64,000 nt of DNA from Flaccisagitta enflata (lineage: Eukaryota). Shown here piece after piece: positions 53,400 to 64,000 of this stretch. Position 1 is the stretch's first letter, and every line of letters starts with the position of its first letter. The notes under the pieces were generated by a model that saw nothing but the letters and a program-made list of their open reading frames with translations, was not told the DNA's origin and ran no database searches. The position numbers and the translations under genes are program-made. The stretch is from contig OZ231126.1 of NCBI GenBank assembly GCA_965153355.1, forward strand, positions 34,906,001 to 34,970,000, in the 5' to 3' direction.

Positions 53400-53900
53400 A
53401 GTTTGATTGGAGTCGCGACAAAAAGTAGAAATTTTCAACTTTTTGGCCACCAGGGAAAGAACATGTAGAGGCTGCAAAACATTTCAACATCCCTCAGACT
53501 ACCGTCTCAACAGTGGCCAAAGACAAAGAAAATATCTTGGATGAATGTTCCAAAAATCGAAATTCCACTGCAAAATCCTTCAAAAAGTCTCCTGATCCAC
53601 GAATCATTGGCGCGATGTGTGAATCTCATGCGGGGAAACAATGTTCCCATCAGTGGCGATTTGATACAGAGAAAGCTCTCAAGTTTGTGGCTGAAGAAGA
53701 AATAAAAGATTTTTTTCGCATCTGGTGTTTGGTTGTCACATTTAAAAGCCAGACATAACTTTTGTCAAAAACGCATTTGAAGAGGAAGGTGACGCGGACA
53801 CGGCATCGGTAGAGAAATGGCGAAAGAGGCACTTCCAACTCTCTTAAACGGATACTCAGATGACCAAATTTACAACGGAGATGAGACTGGACTCTTCCAC
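53400..53900 (+). pseudogene. Tigger/pogo transposase N-terminal relic (HTH domains and first catalytic Asp)
   Basis: AAKHFNIPQTTVSTVAKDKENIL (HTH), EKALKF...FASGVWLSHLKARHN (CENP-B-type HTH) and LLNGYSDDQIYNGDETGLF (the IxNxDETGLF motif), frameshifted and truncated after ~53900. Confidence 0.88.
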
Positions 53901-55548
53901 CCGTCTATAAAGTTACAGTGTGATTTCTGTAATTGCTAAAACTGTCTTTGATTTCTGTAATTGCTAAAACTGTCTTTCCATAATTTTGACTGTTATATTG
54001 AATTGCCATTATCTGTACGTAAAAGCTTGTTATAGCCACAGTAATACTATAGCTGAATTTGTATTGGTAATTTTCATCTATTTCATTTTTTTATTTTACA
54101 ATCCCTCCTAGATAATTTTTTTCTTTTAGTTTTTTCACTATTTGTTTTTATGTCCATAGGCTCAGAATATCAATGATGCTTTTCTTAAACATAGTTAGTA
54201 AAAAAGAAAAAAATAGTAGAAATATTAGAATTCGATTTAACAACACTCGGATTTAACGTCCAAAATACCCTGGTCCCTTCAAGGACGTTAAATCGGGTTC
54301 TCACTGTATTTGCCATTGATCAGAAACAAAACATCAACTTCAAGAGCTTATATCTCCTAAATGAATTGAGCAATTGAGCTCAACTTGAGCCCATTTTAAA
54401 GAGCTATGTCTGCTCTTTAAAATGAGCCCAAGTTGAGCTCAATTACTCAATTCGTTTAGGAGATATAAGCTGTAGAAGTTACCTTCTTCTTATGCAAAAG
54501 GCTGATAATGACCAGTACCACCCACCCATCCTGACATGAAGCTGTATCAAAATTCGCTCAGCCAAATATTTAAATTCCTTTTGAACATTGTTAGTTAACC
54601 CAAATAGTGTACCAAACCAGCAGAAAAACCAGAGTAATTAAGGTCATTAAGGTAATAAAGGTAATAAAGGTAATAAAGTAGGACTCGCAATAGTTAAGGT
54701 TTTCAAATAAACTAGTTAACAGTTAACTAACTACAACTTACACCTAGTTAACTAGCTAAAATAGTTAAAAATTTTCCCTAATAAAAAGCAAGACTTAAGC
54801 AAAACCTTAACTTATTTGATGCAATTCTTGCAGAAATGAATACTTTAATATTTGTTCTATTGTTTGTGGCAAGAAATATTTGAGTTTCTATGTTTGTGTG
54901 TTACATTTGTCCAAATTTTTCTTTGAGACCAAAAAAATTCACCAAAAATCATGTCATTTGAGTTAAATAAGTGATTTTTTCCCAAATTTCCATAGAAATT
55001 TTTAACTGTTTTAACTAGTTAATTTCTACTAGTTAACTACAGGGTCTTCAATCTGATTTCAGTCCAATGTGCGCCTGTGGGCGGTCCCACTGCCGCCTCT
55101 GTTTATGCATGTGTGTGTGTGCGTGTGTGTGTGTGTGGGTGTGTGTGTGCATGTGTGTGTAGAAAACAGGGTTATGTGACATACATTGGAGAAAACCAGT
55201 CTGTGAGACATACAGTGGAACAAACTGGGTGGTGTGACATACATCAGAGAATACAGGGCTGTCTGACATACATTGGAGAATACAGGGCTGTGTGACATAC
55301 ATCAGAGCAAACTGGGTGGTGTGACATACATCGGATAATTTTGGGCTGTGTAACATGTATTGGAGAAAACTGGGTGGTGTGTAGACCCTTGCGAGTTAAT
55401 CGAAAAATCCAATCGGATGACAATTTTGTCTTACCAATCGATGGACGATTTTGCATTTTAGAAACCGCCATCAATCGGTTATCTGCTTGCCTCTAACAAC
55501 CCACTTGCCAATCTGCCATTCACTGCCTATTTGTGTGTGTCTGTGTGT

Positions 55549-55688
<140 letters not shown>

Positions 55689-55750
55689 CTTCACGCCAAA
55701 TACTAGGGTCGGTTAGTTCATTAGTCTCTCTCATGGTCATGACTCTCTCT

Positions 55751-55848
<98 letters not shown>

Positions 55849-55985
55849 GACTTCAACAGTACATTTTCCATACTGCCGTACCGCGAAGTGTCCTCGATGC
55901 GTCTGATGAGTGATACGAGGATTCATAAACTGACCCCTGAGTTAATGGCGTCTTTGTCAATCAATGAAAACCTCGTCTACCTTTC

Positions 55986-56091
<106 letters not shown>

Positions 56092-56178
56092 TTCTTCCTA
56101 TCTAGCTCCCTCATGATGATTTTGCATAAAATAAATGCTGGCATGTGATAGTGCCGACCAAATTATGTTGTACCTATT

Positions 56179-56211
<33 letters not shown>

Positions 56212-57514
56212 CCTCTTTACAAGAAAATGGAAAAATCTATAGACAAAATTGCCAAAAACAGGGAAAGTGACTTAAAATCAAGCCCAATTTGGGCGAGGTG
56301 TTCAAGAGGCAATGATCAAAACAAGGCCGGATACTCGGTGAGCAGGGCTATATTTGAGGTCACTAGACCATTTGGGCAGAAGCAGTGAGGTAAAAAAAAA
56401 TCACAAAAAAAAGTAAAATGTGACCGACCGACCGACCAACCGACTGACCAACTGACCGACAAAGCAGATTGTAGAGTCGCGTGCACGCGACTAAAAAATT
56501 AAGCGTGATGTGGCATAATTTGCAATTGTGCCATTCAGTACAAAATAGATCAACAACTGCAATGATAACGGATTTAAAGAAATGAGAAGCAACAAGTGAT
56601 AAGTGCCCCGAAAAACCGGAAATGGTAACCGGAAAACCGCGGTTTCAGCGCCAACCGGAAACGGAAGTCGCGTGGCGATTAGGAGGCGCGTCGAAATCGC
56701 GTCGAAATCGTGGCGGAAATGCTCTGTCGCAAGGCTCTAGTGGTGTGACATATATTGGAGAATTCTGGGCTGTTACATTTATCAGAGAAAATAAGGTGGT
56801 GGGACATTGGAGAAAATGGGCTATGTGACTTACATCGGAGAAAACTGGGCTGTGTGACATACATTGGAGAAAACTGGGTTGCATGACATACTTCGGAGAA
56901 CACTGGGATTTGTGACTACTGGTTTAAGTGGTAATGTTGTCCAATTTTCATATATTTCAGTACCATGGTATAGAATGCCAGCGATCCCATATGGTTGATT
57001 CTCGATTCTTGCCTCTAATGGTATGGTTTTTAACAACATTGCCTTTGATATCTAGATTATCTTTGGATAGCTACATCATCATTTGGTAATTTGTTCACTG
57101 TAAATAATAGATATATGTTAACTACTTTGCATTTTTTTATTTTGGGTTGACATGGAATGTTTGAGGGAATGGTCTCAGTCAGTGGAAAGGATTTTGATTT
57201 TAGGTTGTGGGTTGCATGAACCTTTTACAATGGGAAGATCAGATGGATGTGAGGGACTAGGTGCCCACAGTTCAGCACAATCATCTGGTACTCTTTCTTG
57301 TCAATGGTAGTTGTAGCAAACAGGTTGAAATTATGGATTTTTTCTTTCTGGTTGGATTGTTGTCTTGAATCATTTCATGATAATGTTAAGATAGACCTGG
57401 TTATCTTGAATACTAAGGATAGTTGTGATGGGTCCGGATTAAACACCAGTGAGAGCTCCAAAGGCTCTCATCCTTAAGTAAAGTAGGGTTGAGTGGTAAT
57501 GTTGTCCAACTTTC

Positions 57515-58512
57515 ATACATTGGAGAAAACTGGGTGGTGTGATATACACTGGAGAATTTTGGGTGGTGTGACATACAATGGAGAATTCTGGGTGGGGTGA
57601 CATATATTGGAGAATTCTGGGTGGTGTTACTTACAGTAGAGAATTTTGGATGGTGTGACATACATTGAAGAAAACTGGGTGGTGTGACAGAAATCAGTGA
57701 ATCTTGGGTTGTGTGACAGACATTGGAGAATCTTGGGTTGTGTGACAGACATTGGAGAATATTGCGTTGTGTGACAGACATTGGAGAGTTTTGGGTTGTG
57801 TGACAGACATTGGAGAATCTTGGGTTGTGTGACAGACATCGGAGAATTTTGGCTTGTGTGACAGACATAGGAGAATTTTGGTTTGTGTGACAGACATCAG
57901 AAAGTTTGATGCTGTGTGACAGACAACAGAGAATGTTGGGCTGTGTGACAGACATCGGAGAATTTTGGGTTGTGTGACAGCCATCGGAGAATCTTGGGTT
58001 GTGTGACAGATATCGGAGAATTTTGGCTTGTGTGACAGACATTGGAGAATTTTGGTTTGTGTTACAGACATTGGAAAGTTTAGGGCTGTGTGACAGACAT
58101 CAGAGAATTTTGGGCTGTGTGACAGACATTGGAGAATTTTAGGTTGTGTGGCAGACATCGGAGATTTTTGGGTTGTATGACAGACATTGGAGAATCTCGA
58201 GTTGTGTAACAGATATTGAAGAATTTTGGATTGTGTGACAGACATCGGAAAATTTTGGGCTGTATGACAGACATCGGAGAATTTTAGGCTGTGTGACAGA
58301 CATTGGAGAATTTTGGGTTGTGTGACAGACATTGGAGAATTTTGGGCTGTGTGACAGACATCGGAGAACTTTGGGTTGTGTGACAGACATCGGAGAATCT
58401 TCGGTTGTGTGACAGACATCAGAGAATTTTGGCTTGTGTGACAGACATTAGAGAATTTTTGGTTGTGTGACAGACATCGGAGAATTTTGCGTTGTGAGAC
58501 AGACATTGAAGA
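57515..58512. repeat. 29-bp minisatellite (CATTGGAGAATYTTGGGTTGTGTGACAGA); shorter arrays at about 55160-55382 and 56740-56915
   Basis: Direct reading of the period. Confidence 0.95.
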
Positions 58513-58683
58513 ACCCCAATTTTTGCAAAAGACGTACTGACACACGTGGAACACAAACACCCAAAAAGAATTGATATTCGGAATATAAACTGATAAAAGG
58601 ATGCTTTGTTGACGATAGGTGTCAGTTGCCTTTTCTTTCGACCTATGGTTTGCCCGTTTGTCTGTTCGTTGGTCCCCCTAGGC

Positions 58684-58880
58684 TCCTCTCAGGCCTGAAA
58701 TCTACCCTCTCAGGCCTGAAATCTGCCCTCTCAGGCCTTGATTCTGCCCTCTCAGGCTTGAAATCTGCACTCTCAGGCCTGAAATCTACCCTCTCAGGCC
58801 TGAAATCTGCCCTATCAGGCCTTGTATCAGCCCTCTCTGGCCTGAAATCTGCCCTCTCAGGCCTGAAATTTGTCCTCTCA
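58684..58880. repeat. 21-bp tandem array (CTCTCAGGCCTGAAATCTGCC), internal repeat of HINE-like family B
   Basis: Same unit as at 19230-19440. Confidence 0.9.
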
Positions 58881-59045
58881 AGCTCTGCTCTCATGTATTC
58901 CCGCTAAAATATCAATATTCTTTAAATTTTTTTGAGGGAACATTGCTATAACTTTTCCATAGTATGTTCTGTAAGATTATTGCACATTTAGCAGTTGCTA
59001 GGGAGCGAAACTATGTGTGACAACCCTGTGATGCTCCCTAGCAAC

Positions 59046-62297
<3,252 letters not shown>

Positions 62298-64000
62298 CAC
62301 AGTCCATCAAATCCCACCCTGATGGGAAAAAGCCACCTAACGCCTCTTTATCCCACTCAACCCACCTACACAGTCCATCAAATCCCACCCTGATGGGAAA
62401 AAACCACCTAACGCCTCTTTATCCCACTCAACCCACCTACACAGTCCATCAAATCCCACCCTGATGAGGAAAAAACCACCTAAACCTCTTTATCTGGCTC
62501 CAACCCGCTACGCGGTCCATCCGTCCGCCCCTGATGGGAAAAAACCACCTAACGCCTCTTTATCCCTCAACCCTACACAGTCCATCACAAATCCACCTGA
62601 TGAAACACCCCTAACGCCTCTTTATCCCACTCGGCCCACCTACACAGTCCGTCAAATCCCACTGATGGGAAAAACCACCTAACGCCTCTTTATCCCACTC
62701 CAACCCACCTACACAGTCCATCAAATCCCACCCTGATGGGAAAAAACCACCTAACGCCTCTTTATCCCACTCAGCCCACCTACACAGTCCATCAAATCCC
62801 ACCGATGGGAAAAACACCTAACGCCTCTTTATCACTCAACCCTACACAGTCCAAAATAAATCACCCTGATGGAAACCACCTAACGCCTCTTTATCCCACT
62901 CAACCCCACCTACACAGTCCAATAATCCCACCTGATGAAAAACACCTAACGCCACTTTATCCCACTCAACCACCTACACAGTCCATCCAAATCCCACCCT
63001 GATGAGGAAAAAAACCACCTAACGCCTCTTTATCACTCAACACACCACACAGTCCATCAAATCCACCCTGATGGGAAAAAACCACCTAACGCCTCTTTGT
63101 CCCACTAACCCCACCTACACAGTCCATCAAATCCCACCCTATTGGAAAAAACCACCCTAACGCCTCTTTGTCACTAACAACCTACACAGTCCATCAAATC
63201 CCACCCTGATGGGAAAAAACCACCTAACGCCTCTTTATCCTCAACCCCACCTACACAGTCATCAAATCACCTGATGGGAAAAAACCACCCTAACGCCTCT
63301 TTATCCCTCAACCCACCTACACAGTCCATCAAATCCCACCCTGATGGGAAAAAAACCACCTAACGCCTCTTTATCACTCAACCCACTAAGTCCATCAAAT
63401 CCCACCCTGATGGGGAAAAAAACCACCTAACGCCTCTTTATCCCACTCAACCCACCCACACAGTCCATCAATCCCACCCTGATGGGAAAAAAACCACCTA
63501 CGCCTCCTTTATCCCTCCAACCCACCTACAGTCCATCAAATCCCACCCTGATGGGGAAAAAAACCACCTAACGCCTCTTTATCCCACTCAACCCACTACA
63601 CAGTCCATCAAATCCCACCCTGATGGGGAAAAAACCACCCCTAACGCCTCGCTATCCCACTCAACCCCCTTTACACAGTCCATCAAATCCCACCCTGATG
63701 GGAAAAAACCACCTAACGCCTCTTTATCCTACGACCCACCTACACAGTCCATCAAATCCCACCCTGATGGGAAAAAAGCCACTAGCAACCTCTTTTATCC
63801 TCGACCACCTACACAGTCCATCAAATCCCACCTGATGGAAAAACCACCCTAACGCCTCTTATCCCACTCAACCCACCTACACAGTCCATCCAATCCCACC
63901 TGATGGGAAAAAAACCACCTAACGCCTCTTTATCCTTCTCAACCCACCTGCAGTCCGTCAAATCACCTGATAGGAAAAAAGCCACCCTAACGCCTCTTTA
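62298..64000. repeat. 71-bp satellite running off the window end
   Basis: Unit CACAGTCCATCAAATCCCACCCTGATGGGAAAAAACCACCTAACGCCTCTTTATCCCACTCAACCCACCTA; CGCCTCTTTA recurs at 62341 and 62412. Confidence 0.95.

Larger units (their letters stand above)
52633..54306 (+). mobile_element. Degenerate Tigger/pogo-family element
   Basis: TA|CAGT ... ACTG|TA; right end carries CGATTTAAC repeats typical of pogo-type ends; contains a transposase relic; the two ends match poorly beyond CAGT, so the left boundary is tentative. Confidence 0.6.

Noticed and set aside
55892-55922. CTGATGA within a CCTCG/CGAGG hairpin
   Set aside because: No GAAA core at the required position; not a hammerhead.
57515-58512. 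Regular 29-bp repeats and long ORFs (209 and 288 aa) that might suggest a CRISPR array or repeat protein
   Set aside because: Head-to-tail units with no unique spacers, no cas genes, eukaryotic context; the ORFs are open frames through the satellite.
62298-64000. CTGATG(G/A)...GAAA in the 71-bp satellite as a possible hammerhead or retrozyme
   Set aside because: Consensus is CTGATGG, with no stem II, stem III or stem I closure.

Overview
Eukaryotic (animal, probably invertebrate) AT-rich genomic DNA, dominated by nested non-autonomous transposons, satellites and microsatellites; most ORFs in the supplied track are repeat artefacts. Two host genes are recognisable, both on +: the last three coding exons of an ABCA-subfamily ABC transporter (4187-4283, 6957-7090, 10298-10471) and the first two coding exons of exportin-6 (about 44170-44512, 46713-46933). 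No further XPO6 exons were found; a 10-N gap lies at 48744-48753. Mobile DNA includes about 30 copies of three DINE-1/HINE-like (Helentron-associated) families, TIR elements with 2, 3, 4, 5, 7/8, 8 and 9 bp target duplications, a 13.6-kb composite element with a decayed transposase-like ORF and kb-scale nested inverted arms, a Tigger/pogo relic and a hAT-related transposase relic. The most interesting observations are (i) an inverted pair of minimal type I hammerhead ribozymes (50562-50596 on -, 50882-50916 on +) in a Penelope-like insertion, (ii) a stop-free C-terminal fragment of a putative viral F-type/env membrane glycoprotein (37824-38360, -) inside the composite element, and (iii) two unrelated palindromic elements each with a tRNA-like A-box/B-box core. 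Family assignments come from motif recall and visual alignment, not database searches.
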